From the NCBI GenBank assembly GCA_963825525.1, contig CAWGTN010000001.1:4725-68724 (forward strand): 64,000 bases of DNA, given 5' to 3'. Below, one piece after another: positions 39,663 through 49,349 of the stretch. Positions within the stretch are counted from its first letter, which is position 1; each line of letters starts with the position of its first letter. The notes beneath the pieces were generated by a model, which had not been told where the DNA came from, did not search any database, and saw only the letters and a program-made list of their open reading frames with translations. The stretch comes from an uncultured Chloroflexia bacterium. GTDB taxonomy: Bacteria > Chloroflexota > Limnocylindria > QHBO01. The translations under genes were made by a program, and so were the position numbers.

Positions 39663-41367
39663 GTGCGAACTCGTCGTTTCCTGGCCAGCATGACGGTCCT
39701 CGGCCTGGTCCTCGCCGCGTGCGGGACCTCGCAGGGGTCCCCAAGCGCTGGCGCATCGCAGCCAGATGGCGGGACGCCGTCCGACGGGGGAACCGCAACC
39801 GGTGGGACCGTGCGCATCGGTTGGGGAGGATCGCCCGACAGCCTGAATCCCGGCAATGGCGTGCTGGCCGAGTCCTACACGCTCTATCCGCTCGATGTAT
39901 GACGTGCCCATCGACATCACCTCGGACGGGGAGTACGTCCCGGAGCTGGCGACCTCGTGGGATGTCTCCGATGACGGCCTGACCTGGACGCTCGACATCG
40001 TCGACGGCGCCACCTTCCACGACGGCGAGCCGCTGACCGCCGAGGACGTGGCCTACTCGATTCAGCTCTACAAGGACACCGAGGACTTCCCGTTCCTGCC
40101 GTCCTACGCGGCGTACTTCGAGACCATCGAGGCGCCGGACGCCAACACGGTGGTCCTCACCACCGCGGAGCCGCTCGGCAACTTCGAGGCGAACATGGTC
40201 TTCATGTACGTCATCCCGAAGCACATCTGGGAGACCGAGGACGACCCGGTCGCCTTCGACAACCTCGACATGATCGGATCGGGACCCTTCAAGGTGGCCG
40301 AGTACTCGCAGGGCGAGTTCGTCGAGCTCGAGACCAACACCGAGTACTGGCAGACGCCCGCCAACATCGACGGCGTGATCTTCCAGACGATTGACAATCC
40401 CGATGCGCGCGCCACCGCGCTGACCACCGGTGAGGTCGATGCCATCACCGAGTTCCCGGCGACCGCGGTGAGCACCCTGCAGAATGCCGAGAACGTCAAC
40501 GTCCACATTGCCGATATCGGAGCGGGCGGTGCTTTCCGCGACGTGTTCTTCAACGTGGTTTCAGACGAGGACTGCCCCGCCGAGGACGGTGTGTGCTCGG
40601 GACATCCGGCGCTGAAGGACCTGGCCGTGCGCCAGGCGTTGGCGACCGCCACCGACAAGGAGCAGATCATCGACGTCGCGACGCTGGGGACGAGCTCAGC
40701 GGGCCTGTCGGTCGTGCCCCCGGGACTGGGCGACTTCTACGCCAGCGACGTGCAGGACTACGCCTACGACGTGGACGCAGCGAACGCACTGCTCGACGAC
40801 GCAGGCTACGAGGACTCCGACGGTGACGGCGTACGTGAGTGCCTGGCCGACCAGGACTGCGACGACCTCACGTTCCGGTTCAACTACGCCGATGACATCG
40901 ACACGGCGCCGCGCGAAGCGGAGTTGCTGCAGGGCATGTGGGCCGACATCGGGGTTCAGATCGAGATCCAGGGATTGGATCCCGACACGCTCACCAGCGT
41001 GTGCTGCCCGACGTTCGACTATGACGTGATGCTGTGGGGCTGGGGCTCGGATCCGGACCCGGCCTTCCTCCTGGGCGTTGCCCTGTGCGGGGAGATCGAC
41101 ACGGGCTTCAGCGAGACCGGGTACTGCAATCCCGCGTTCGATGAGCTCTACGATCGGCAGGGCATCGAGACCGACCCGACGGCTCGGGTGGAGATGATCC
41201 ACGAGATGCAGCAGATCCTGGTGGAAGATGTCCCGTACATCATTCCGTACTACCAGGTCTCGATCCAGGCATGGCGGACCGATACGTTCAGCGGCTGGCT
41301 GGACATCGACCCGACGCTGGGCCTGGAGGACGCGGCCAACCTGATCGCCCTGCGACCGGCCGAGTAG
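39663..41367 (+). pseudogene. Peptide/nickel ABC transporter substrate-binding lipoprotein (family 5, DppA/OppA-like), with a 1-nt frameshift near 39885-39895
   Basis: Signal peptide and lipobox (LVLAACG) plus the first roughly 75 aa are in frame 1, ending ...YTLYPLDV*. The remainder (MYDVPIDITSDGEYVPELATSWD...) is in frame 2. The junction LYPL|YDVPID implies one extra G. Confidence 0.75.
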
Positions 41368-41457
41368 GACCCACCGCAGCGCGGGGTCGGCGCTCGTGAC
41401 GCTCGGCCCCGCGCTGTCCAGCCCGATGCACTCCGATGCTTCGCGCAGGCCCAGCGC

Positions 41458-42465
41458 ATGAGTGGACGGGGCGGTTACCTCCTGCGCAAGATCGGCTGGG
41501 CGCTGCTCACGATCTTCGTTGTCATCACCTTCAACTTCGTCCTGTTCCGTGTGCTGCCGGGTGACCCCGCGAAGTCCGGGCTGCGTGACCCGCGGCTGAA
41601 TCCGGCGGCTGTCGAGGCGCTGCGCGAGCGATTCGGGCTCGACAAGCCGGTGTTCATCAATCTCGATGGCGGCAACCCGTTCGACTCGCAGTACGTCGCG
41701 TACTTCGCAGCCCTGAGCCGCGGTGACCTGGGAACGAGCTACGCGTTTCGCGACAAGCCGGTGGGTGACCTCATCGGCCAGGCCCTGGGGAACACCCTGT
41801 GGCTGATCATTCCGTCGCAGTTCCTCGCCATCCTGTTCGGCGCCGGCCTCGGCCTTTTCGCGGCATGGCGGCGCGGCCGGCCGTTGGACGTGAGCGCGCT
41901 CACCTTCAGCCTGTTCATGTGGTCGCTGCCGACGTTCTTCCTGGGGATCATCCTGCTCGTCGCCGGCGCGAACTGGCTCGGGCTGCCCACCGCCGGGCGG
42001 ATCACGATCGGCGCGGGGTTCGAATCGTTCTGGGACGTCGCCATCGACGTGGCCCGCCATCTGATCCTGCCGACGCTGACCCTCACCCTCGTCCTGCTGG
42101 GCGAGTACATGCTCATCATGCGCAGCAGCGTGCTCGACGTCTTCGGCGAGGACTACATCCTCACGGCGCGCGCCAAGGGCCTCTCCACCTACCGGATCAT
42201 CCGCCACCACGCCCTGCGCAACGCGATCCTGCCGATGGTCACGCTCATCGCCCTCAACCTGGGCTTCACCGTCTCCGGGGCGATCCAGGTCGAGGCCGTC
42301 TACTCGTGGCCGGGCCTCGGGGCGCTGACGGTGAATGCCGTCGGCGACCGCGACTACCCGGTCCTCCAGGGCGCGTTCCTGCTGATCGCCGTGGCCGTCG
42401 TGCTGGCGAACCTGATCGCTGAGCTCGTCTATGGCTGGCTCGATCCCCGGGTGAGCGAGGGATGA
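41458..42465 (+). CDS. Peptide ABC transporter permease (DppB/OppB-like)
   Basis: Six transmembrane segments and an EAA-like loop (LTARAKGLSTYRIIRHHALRNA). Confidence 0.85.
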   Translation: MSGRGGYLLRKIGWALLTIFVVITFNFVLFRVLPGDPAKSGLRDPRLNPAAVEALRERFGLDKPVFINLDGGNPFDSQYVAYFAALSRGDLGTSYAFRDKPVGDLIGQALGNTLWLIIPSQFLAILFGAGLGLFAAWRRGRPLDVSALTFSLFMWSLPTFFLGIILLVAGANWLGLPTAGRITIGAGFESFWDVAIDVARHLILPTLTLTLVLLGEYMLIMRSSVLDVFGEDYILTARAKGLSTYRIIRHHALRNAILPMVTLIALNLGFTVSGAIQVEAVYSWPGLGALTVNAVGDRDYPVLQGAFLLIAVAVVLANLIAELVYGWLDPRVSEG

Positions 42466-42469
42466 GCCG

Positions 42470-44413
42470 ATGAGCGTGCTGATCGAGGCGACGGCGCCAA
42501 AGGCCGTCGAGGCGCGTGCCTGGTGGCGCTCCTTCCTTCACCATCGGATGGGGATGATCGGGGCGGGCATGCTCGCCATCGCGCTCTTCGTCGCCGTGGC
42601 GGCACCGCTGCTCGCGCCGTACGACCCGTACGCGACGGTCCGCGTCAGCATCCTCGACATCTACCAGGCCCCATCGGGCCAGCACCTGCTCGGGACCGAT
42701 GACGGCGGCAAGGACGTCTTCTCATCGCTGCTGTATGGAGCGCGGGTCTCGCTCATCGTCGGGTTTGCGGCGGCAGCGATCGCCCTGTTCATCGGCGGGC
42801 TGGTCGGCATCGTGGCGGGCTACCGCGGTGGCTGGGTCGGATCGCTCCTCATGCGGATCACCGACTTCTTCCTCGTCATCCCGGACCTGGCGCTCCAGAT
42901 CGTGCTCGTGGCGATCATCGGCCCGTCGCTGGGCACGATCATCCTGGTCATCGGCGCCCTGGGCTGGACGACGACCGCGCGGCTGGTGCGATCGCAGGCG
43001 CTCACCGTGAGGGAGCGCAAGTACGTGATGCGGGCTCGCGCCATCGGCGCCGGTGATGCGCACATCCTGCGCCGGCACATCCTGCCTGCGGTGCTGCCGC
43101 TGATGCTGGCGAACATGGTGCTGGTCATCAGCCTGGCGATCCTGTCGGAGTCGACGCTCGCATTCCTGGGCCTCGGGGACCCGACGGTCATCAGCTGGGG
43201 CCAGATGCTGAACTTCGCCTTCGGCCGTGGCGCCGTGACCGCGGGCGCATGGTGGGCCCTCCTTCCACCCGGATTCGCGATCGTGTGGGTCGTGCTCGGA
43301 ACGACGCTCCTCGGCACGGCGCTGGAGGATGCGCTCAACCCGCGCCTGAAGCGACACCACCTCGAGACGCCCGGTGAGGACGTCGCGACCGATCGTGCGG
43401 TCCCGGCGCTCGACATCCCATCCGCCGGGGTAGCAGATGCTGGTCCCATCCTCCGCGTTCGGGACCTGTCGATCGAGTTCGACACGCCATCGGGTCCGCA
43501 GCGAGCGGTGGATGGGGTGAGCTTCGACCTCCTCCGGGGGCAGACCCTGGGTCTGGTGGGTGAGTCGGGCTGTGGCAAGACGACCACGGTGCTCGGCATC
43601 CTGCGCCTCCTGCCGCCGGGCGGTCGCGTGGTGTCAGGGAGCGTCTGGTTCGAGGGCGAGGACCTGCTGAGCCTGGACGGCGGCGCGCTGCGCGCGTTCC
43701 GATGGACCCGCCTGTCGCTTGTCTTTCAGGGGGCGATGAACGCCCTCAACCCGGTGCGCACGGTGGGTGATCAGATCGTCGAGGCGATCCGCCTGCACGA
43801 CACCGAGATCAGCAAGGCGGAGGCGCTCGATCGCTGCGCCGACCTGCTCGAGCGCGTCGGGATCGGCCGCCGGCGAGCCGGCGAGTATCCGCACACCTAC
43901 TCGGGTGGGATGCGCCAGCGCGCCATGATCGCCCTGGCGCTCGCCTGCGATCCCGACGTGATCGTGGCGGACGAGCCGACGACGGCGCTGGACGTGATGA
44001 TCCAGGCCCAGATCCTCGAGCTCCTGAGCGGGATCGCGCGCGACTTCGGGACAGGGATCATCCTGGTGACTCATGACCTCGGGGTCGTCGCCCAGGCATG
44101 CGACCGAGTCGTGGTCATGTACGGCGGCGGCGTTGCCGAGGAGAACGACGCGGCGACGTTGTTCCGCGACCCGCAGCATCCGTACACGCAGGAGCTGCTG
44201 CAGTCGTTCCCGGACCTCGCGCATCCCGATCGCCCGCTGCGCGGCATCCCCGGGTCACCACCGCGGCTGGACGACATGCCCGTCGGCTGCCGCTTTGCTC
44301 CTCGATGTCCGCACGCCTTCGATCGGTGCCGGACCGAGCGTCCGCCTGAGTACGGCGTCACCGGCGGACGGGCAGCATGCTTCCTGCTGGACCCGGAGGG
44401 GGAGCGCCCGTGA
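42470..44413 (+). CDS. Fused peptide ABC transporter permease (DppC-like) and ATP-binding domain (DppD-like)
   Basis: The N-terminal 300 aa are a permease with an EAA loop (MRARAIGAGDAHILRRHILP). The C-terminal 330 aa are an ATP-binding cassette with Walker A (GESGCGKTT), the signature YSGGMRQR and Walker B (IVADEPTTALD). The frame is continuous through the junction. Confidence 0.8.
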   Translation: MSVLIEATAPKAVEARAWWRSFLHHRMGMIGAGMLAIALFVAVAAPLLAPYDPYATVRVSILDIYQAPSGQHLLGTDDGGKDVFSSLLYGARVSLIVGFAAAAIALFIGGLVGIVAGYRGGWVGSLLMRITDFFLVIPDLALQIVLVAIIGPSLGTIILVIGALGWTTTARLVRSQALTVRERKYVMRARAIGAGDAHILRRHILPAVLPLMLANMVLVISLAILSESTLAFLGLGDPTVISWGQMLNFAFGRGAVTAGAWWALLPPGFAIVWVVLGTTLLGTALEDALNPRLKRHHLETPGEDVATDRAVPALDIPSAGVADAGPILRVRDLSIEFDTPSGPQRAVDGVSFDLLRGQTLGLVGESGCGKTTTVLGILRLLPPGGRVVSGSVWFEGEDLLSLDGGALRAFRWTRLSLVFQGAMNALNPVRTVGDQIVEAIRLHDTEISKAEALDRCADLLERVGIGRRRAGEYPHTYSGGMRQRAMIALALACDPDVIVADEPTTALDVMIQAQILELLSGIARDFGTGIILVTHDLGVVAQACDRVVVMYGGGVAEENDAATLFRDPQHPYTQELLQSFPDLAHPDRPLRGIPGSPPRLDDMPVGCRFAPRCPHAFDRCRTERPPEYGVTGGRAACFLLDPEGERP

Positions 44414-45429
44414 GCGAGCCGATCCAGCCCGAGCCGATCCTGCGCGTCGAGGGGCTGTTCAAGGAGTTCCCGGGCCGGACCACGTTCGGCGACTGGGTCC
44501 GGCGGCGCCCGGCGCCACCGGTGCGCGCGGTCGATGGGATCTCGTTCGAGCTCCGCGCCGGCGAGATCCTTGCGCTCGTCGGTGAGTCCGGCTGCGGAAA
44601 GACGACCACGGGCAACCTGCTCATGGGACTCCTGCCGCCGAGCGGTGGGCGAGTGATGCTCGATGGCGAGGAGGTCGGCGCGCTGTCAGGCCGTGGTCTG
44701 CGCCAGCTTCGACGCCGCGTGCAGATGGTCTTCCAGGACCCGTACGAGTCGCTGAACCCCCGCATGACGGTCGGTGACATCGTCGCGGAGCCGTTGCGCG
44801 TCCACCGGGTGGCGACGTCCGACGACGACCTGCGGGCACGCGTCGCGACCGCCCTCACCTCGGCTGGCCTGGCGCCTGCCGACGCGTACCTCGCGCGCTA
44901 CCCATTCGAGATGTCTGGCGGGCAGCGGCAGCGCGTCGTGATCGCTGCGGCCCTGGCACTTGAGCCATCCCTCCTTGTCGCCGATGAGCCGGTCAGCATG
45001 CTCGACGTCAGCATCCGCGCCGAGATCCTCAACCTGCTCTCCAGCCTGGCCCGAGATCACGGGATCGGGATCGTGATGATCACCCACGACCTCTCGACCG
45101 TGGCCGCCTACGCCGATCGAATCGCGGTGATGTACCTGGGACGCATCGTCGAGCATGGCCCGACGCGCCAGGTCCTGTCGGATCCGCAGCACCCGTATGC
45201 GCGCGCACTGCTGTCGGTGGTCCCGGTGCCCGATCCCTCGCTCCGGCGGACGCCGGTCATCCTGAGCGGCGAGACGCCGGATCCCTCGCGGATTCCCTCG
45301 GGGTGTCGCTTCCATCCGCGCTGCCCGCTCGCCTTCGACCGATGTCCGCAGGTCGATCCTCGGCTCATCGACGTCGGGCCTGACCACCAGGCCGCCTGTC
45401 TCCTGCTGGGGGACGGCAGCGGTCGCTGA
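44410..45429 (+). CDS. Peptide ABC transporter ATP-binding protein (DppF/OppF-like)
   Basis: Walker A (GESGCGKTT), the signature MSGGQRQR and Walker B (LVADEPVSMLD). Its GTG start overlaps the upstream stop. Confidence 0.85.
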   Translation: MSEPIQPEPILRVEGLFKEFPGRTTFGDWVRRRPAPPVRAVDGISFELRAGEILALVGESGCGKTTTGNLLMGLLPPSGGRVMLDGEEVGALSGRGLRQLRRRVQMVFQDPYESLNPRMTVGDIVAEPLRVHRVATSDDDLRARVATALTSAGLAPADAYLARYPFEMSGGQRQRVVIAAALALEPSLLVADEPVSMLDVSIRAEILNLLSSLARDHGIGIVMITHDLSTVAAYADRIAVMYLGRIVEHGPTRQVLSDPQHPYARALLSVVPVPDPSLRRTPVILSGETPDPSRIPSGCRFHPRCPLAFDRCPQVDPRLIDVGPDHQAACLLLGDGSGR

Positions 45430-45449
45430 AGGCGGCGGCCGCTGGCGTT

Positions 45450-45992
45450 TCAGCTGGCGAGCAGGCTCGCGACGCTCACCAGCGCGACCATGACGGCGAC
45501 GGCCAGCGATGGGCCGAAGCGAACCACCCGGGACCGCAGGCGGCTGACGATTGCCGCCACGATGGCTGCCAGCGTGGCGCCCGCCACGCCTCCGGCTGCC
45601 GCGGCAACGGCGTGGGCCAGGGTGGGTGAGGCACTGCCGATCTGGCGCTCACCGGCCGTCACCACGCCGAGGACGACCACGACGAGCGCGCCGAACAGCC
45701 CGGCTCCGAGCGTCGCGGTACCCGCGCGCGCTGCCCCGACCTGGGTGGCGCCGGTGGCGGCGGCTCCGCCCGCGAGGAACGATGCGACGAGGAATGTTCC
45801 CGGTAGCGCCCCGTTGGCGTCCACCGGGGGCGCGGCGATGAACCACGTGAGCGCGATGATCGGTCCGGCCAGCATCCCGAGCGCTGCGACCCAGGTGAGT
45901 GGACGTGTCCAGTCCTCGGGGTCCTCCGGCGGCACGACGGCGCCGAGGCGCACGCTGACCGGGACGAGGTCGTCGTCCGGCGCTTCGCTCAT
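45450..45992 (-). CDS. Hypothetical Ala-rich integral membrane protein
   Basis: Four hydrophobic segments. It overlaps the mshC-like stop by 4 nt. Confidence 0.5.
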   Translation of the reverse strand: MSEAPDDDLVPVSVRLGAVVPPEDPEDWTRPLTWVAALGMLAGPIIALTWFIAAPPVDANGALPGTFLVASFLAGGAAATGATQVGAARAGTATLGAGLFGALVVVVLGVVTAGERQIGSASPTLAHAVAAAAGGVAGATLAAIVAAIVSRLRSRVVRFGPSLAVAVMVALVSVASLLAS

Positions 45993-47260
45993 GCCGCCGA
46001 GCTGGCGCTCACCGCGTCCGATGAGGAGCTCAATCGCAGGCCAAGGATGCGGCCGCCGAGCTCCCCGACCTGGCGACCGGCATCGGCAGCCAGCCCGAGA
46101 TCGTCGGTGGCCAGCGCCAGGCGGGCGAGCGCGTCGAGCTCGGCGGTCGCCGTCGGCGTGTCGAGATCGTCATTCATGGCGTCGATGAATCGCCGCCGGT
46201 GCTCGGCCACGAGGGGGTGGGAGGGCATGCCGTCCGGCGCATGACCCTTGGCGGCCAGCTCATCGGCCCGTTGCGTGGCCTGGCGCAGGAGCGAGGCGGC
46301 AGCCGCCGACGCCTCGAGGTCACCATCGGCGAATTCGACCTCGGAGCGGTAGTGATGTGAGACGAGGTAGTGGCGGATCGTGTCCCCCGAATAGGTGCAC
46401 AGGAGGTCGCGGACCAGCACCAGGTTGCCCAGCGACTTGCTCATCTTGTGGCCCTGGTAGCTCAGCATCCCGGCGTGGGTCCAGAACGCGACCGCCGGAC
46501 GATCCCCGGTGGCGTGCTCCGACTGGGCCAGCTCCGATTCGTGGTGGGGAAAGAGGAGATCGCCACCGCCGCCGTGGATCTCGAATCGCGTCCCCAGGTA
46601 GGCCATGGCCATGGCGGAGCACTCGATGTGCCAGCCGGGCCGTCCCGGACCCCAGGGCGCCGGCCACGCCGGCTCGTCGGGCAGGGAGCGCTGCCAGAGC
46701 ACGAAGTCGAGCGGTTCGCGCTTGCCGGGCATGTCCGGGTCGTTCCCGCGCTCGTTGGCGATCGGCAGCATGTCGGTCGGAGACAGCTTGGAGAGCTGCC
46801 CGTAGTCCGGGTCGGCCGCCACGTTGAAGTAGACGTTGCCATCGGCGACATAGGCGAGCTGCCTGTCAAGCAGGGAGCCGATGAGCTCGACCATCTGCGG
46901 AATGTGCTCGCTCGCCCGCGGGTAGTGATCGGGCGGCAGCCAGTTCAGCGCCGCCATCTCGGTCAGGAACGTCGTCACGTGGCGATTCCCGAGCTCCAGG
47001 TAGTCCTCGCCCGTCTCGCGGGCCTTGCGCAGCATGTCGTCGTCGACGTCGGTGAGATTCTGGACGTAGGTCACGTCGTGCCCAAGAAACTCGAGATACC
47101 GATGGAGCACGTCGAAGCTCACGTAGGTGAAGGCGTGCCCGAGGTGGCCCGTGTCGTACGGGGTCACGCCACAGACGTAGAGTCCTACCGAGTCGCGGTC
47201 GCCGATCGGCGCGAATGGATGAAGGCCGCCGCGCCGGGCGTCATGAAGTCGAAGGGTCAC
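45989..47260 (-). CDS. mshC: Mycothiol ligase MshC-like protein, or a class-I cysteinyl-tRNA-synthetase paralog
   Basis: HLGHAFTYVSFDV (HIGH-type), KMSKS and PGWHIECSAMA motifs. The length and motif set match the MshC motifs above; the comparison is from memory. The start is uncertain: a GTG at 47260 or the open-frame start at 47353. Confidence 0.7.
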   Translation of the reverse strand: MTLRLHDARRGGLHPFAPIGDRDSVGLYVCGVTPYDTGHLGHAFTYVSFDVLHRYLEFLGHDVTYVQNLTDVDDDMLRKARETGEDYLELGNRHVTTFLTEMAALNWLPPDHYPRASEHIPQMVELIGSLLDRQLAYVADGNVYFNVAADPDYGQLSKLSPTDMLPIANERGNDPDMPGKREPLDFVLWQRSLPDEPAWPAPWGPGRPGWHIECSAMAMAYLGTRFEIHGGGGDLLFPHHESELAQSEHATGDRPAVAFWTHAGMLSYQGHKMSKSLGNLVLVRDLLCTYSGDTIRHYLVSHHYRSEVEFADGDLEASAAAASLLRQATQRADELAAKGHAPDGMPSHPLVAEHRRRFIDAMNDDLDTPTATAELDALARLALATDDLGLAADAGRQVGELGGRILGLRLSSSSDAVSASSAA

Positions 47261-47485
47261 GCTGCGAATTCTAAAGCGGTTCGCAGAATTCGCCCGGGAC
47301 GCTGGACCGGACCGATAGAATCGGCCGACAGGCGGGGGTCTGCTGCCGACCACATGAGCCGAATGGGAGCCCGATTTTGGAAGTGCTGCGCTGGCTACTC
47401 TTCTTTGCGATCGCGATGTTTCTGATGGTCGCCGGCATCTTCTTCGTGATGGGCAGGCCGCTGCCGCTGCCGCGATTCTGAGGCG

Positions 47486-47932
47486 TCACCACAGCTCCGG
47501 CTTGGTGCTCATGAGGAAGCCGATGACGCCGATGACCCCTGCCATCCCGTAGGCAACCCATCGCTGGCGCCGCGCGCGTCGTGACCATGTCTCATTGTCC
47601 GCGTCGCTTCGCAGGCCGACCATGCGCCGCAGGTTGGGTCGGCTCACGAAGGCCGCGACGGCGAGATTGAGGGCGTACAGGCCCAATGCGATGAGCAACC
47701 ACGGTTGCGCCAGGAGCTCCGGTCCCAGAATCCACAGCATGGCGGCGCCGGTGATCGCCAGGCCGCCAGCGATGATGATCGTGCCCGTGCCCTGGGCGGC
47801 CATCAGAAGGCGCGTCACCGGCCCGGCCGCTCCGTCTCCGCGCCGCAGCACGAACGGGAGCAGGACACTCGGCAGCAGCAGCGCGACGGCCAGCGCGATG
47901 TGCGTGACCAGAAGGATCGGGAACCAGTTCAT
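47486..47932 (-). CDS. DUF2269-like membrane protein
   Basis: Four transmembrane helices. Family assignment is from recall. Confidence 0.55.
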   Translation of the reverse strand: MNWFPILLVTHIALAVALLLPSVLLPFVLRRGDGAAGPVTRLLMAAQGTGTIIIAGGLAITGAAMLWILGPELLAQPWLLIALGLYALNLAVAAFVSRPNLRRMVGLRSDADNETWSRRARRQRWVAYGMAGVIGVIGFLMSTKPELW

Positions 47933-47958
47933 GGTGATCCGATCCTAGCGCAGCGCGG

Positions 47959-48306
47959 TCAGCGACCCTTGGTGAACCCCCGGTGGACCCCCAGCCGGCG
48001 CAGAAGCGTCGGGATGTTGATGGCCCATCCCACGCCCAGCGGACGCGGCGTGAAGATCTTCGGCGACTTCGGGTTCCAGTACGCGCTGCGCACGGACTCG
48101 ATGGACGGCATGCGGAAGTCATACGGCACGAAGCCGAGCAGGCGTCCGTTCCAGGTGCGCTCGGCCTTGGGCTTTCGCATCTCCGTGTAAATGGCGCCCA
48201 CCACCGCGCCGATGACGGCCATCTTGAGAAGTGATGTCAGGGCGTCGACCTCGTTGCGGGTGGCCTGCGCCTTTCGCGAGAGATCGTCACGTACGTTGTC
48301 GATCAT
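47959..48306 (-). CDS. Small hypothetical protein with one transmembrane segment
   Basis: Open frame with a protein-like composition (VIGAVVGAIYTEM). Confidence 0.45.
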   Translation of the reverse strand: MIDNVRDDLSRKAQATRNEVDALTSLLKMAVIGAVVGAIYTEMRKPKAERTWNGRLLGFVPYDFRMPSIESVRSAYWNPKSPKIFTPRPLGVGWAINIPTLLRRLGVHRGFTKGR

Positions 48307-48380
48307 GGGTCCTCCTTGGCGGTGCGTCACGCAAGCGCCGTGCCGGGCCCGCCTGCTGCGTAAACTCTAGCGCGCCACCC

Positions 48381-49349
48381 ATGAGCACGCCCGAAGCCCT
48401 TCCTTTCCTGAGCGGCGACCGCATCCGCGAGGCCGTGCCGATGCCGGATCTGCTCGACGCGATCGAGGCGGCATATCGCGACGTTGCCGCCGGCCGCGAT
48501 CGTTCACCGCTTCGCGCTCACGTGGAGCTCGGCGATGGCTCACTGCTCCTCATGCCCGGCGTGCGGGCGGGCGGGGATGGGGCGACGGTCAAGCTCGTCA
48601 CCGTCATGCCCGGCAACGCCGAGCGGGGATTGCCGACGATCCACGCGCTCGTCGTCTGGTTCGACGCCAGCACGGGGCAGCCGCGGGCGCTGCTCGACGG
48701 GGCGGCCGTGACCGCCATGCGCACCGGTGCCGCCTCGGGCGTCGGCACGCGACTCCTGGCGCGGCCGGATGCCGAGACACTGACCGTGATCGGGGCAGGG
48801 GTCCAGGCGGAGTGGCAGATCCGGGCCGTTCTCGCCGCTCGGCCCATCCGCCGGGTCCTCGTGGTGGGACGGGATGCCATCCGCCGCGACGCCTTCGCCG
48901 CCCGCATGGCCGATGCGCTGGGCCTTGACGTCACCGGAGCCGCCGATGCGGAGCACGCCGTCCGCCAGGCCGATGTCATCTGCTGCGCCACGACGTCCTC
49001 CGAGCCGGTCTTCGAGGCCGACTGGCTCACGCCCGGCGTGCACGTGAACGGGATCGGCGCGTTTCAGCTCTCCATGGTCGAGATTCCGCCCGAGGCCTTC
49101 GCTCGAGCGTCACTGGTGGCCATCGACTCTCGCGACGCCGCGATGGCCGAGGCGGGGGACGTGGTTGCCGCCATCGAGCGTGGATTCGTGGCGGCCGATG
49201 CGCTGGTGGAGATCGGGACCGTGGATGCCGCCTGGGCCGGTTCTCGCCCGGCCGACGCGATCACGATCTTCAAGTCGGTGGGCCTTGCCCTCCAGGACGT
49301 GGCCGCCGCGGAGCTCATCGTTCGGCGGCTCTCCCGGGATGAGCCCTAG
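48381..49349 (+). CDS. Ornithine cyclodeaminase / mu-crystallin-family protein
   Basis: OCD/mu-crystallin fold with a Rossmann GAGVQAEWQ motif and VICCATTS. Confidence 0.8.
   Translation: MSTPEALPFLSGDRIREAVPMPDLLDAIEAAYRDVAAGRDRSPLRAHVELGDGSLLLMPGVRAGGDGATVKLVTVMPGNAERGLPTIHALVVWFDASTGQPRALLDGAAVTAMRTGAASGVGTRLLARPDAETLTVIGAGVQAEWQIRAVLAARPIRRVLVVGRDAIRRDAFAARMADALGLDVTGAADAEHAVRQADVICCATTSSEPVFEADWLTPGVHVNGIGAFQLSMVEIPPEAFARASLVAIDSRDAAMAEAGDVVAAIERGFVAADALVEIGTVDAAWAGSRPADAITIFKSVGLALQDVAAAELIVRRLSRDEP

Noticed and set aside
47383-47481. A tiny hydrophobic ORF (VLRWLLFFAIAMFLMVAGIFFVMGRPLPLPRF) between the mshC-like and DUF2269-like genes.
   Set aside because: At 32 aa with no ribosome-binding site and a GTG start, in an AT-richer intergenic patch, it is as likely to be promoter DNA as a micro-protein. 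Not enough evidence.
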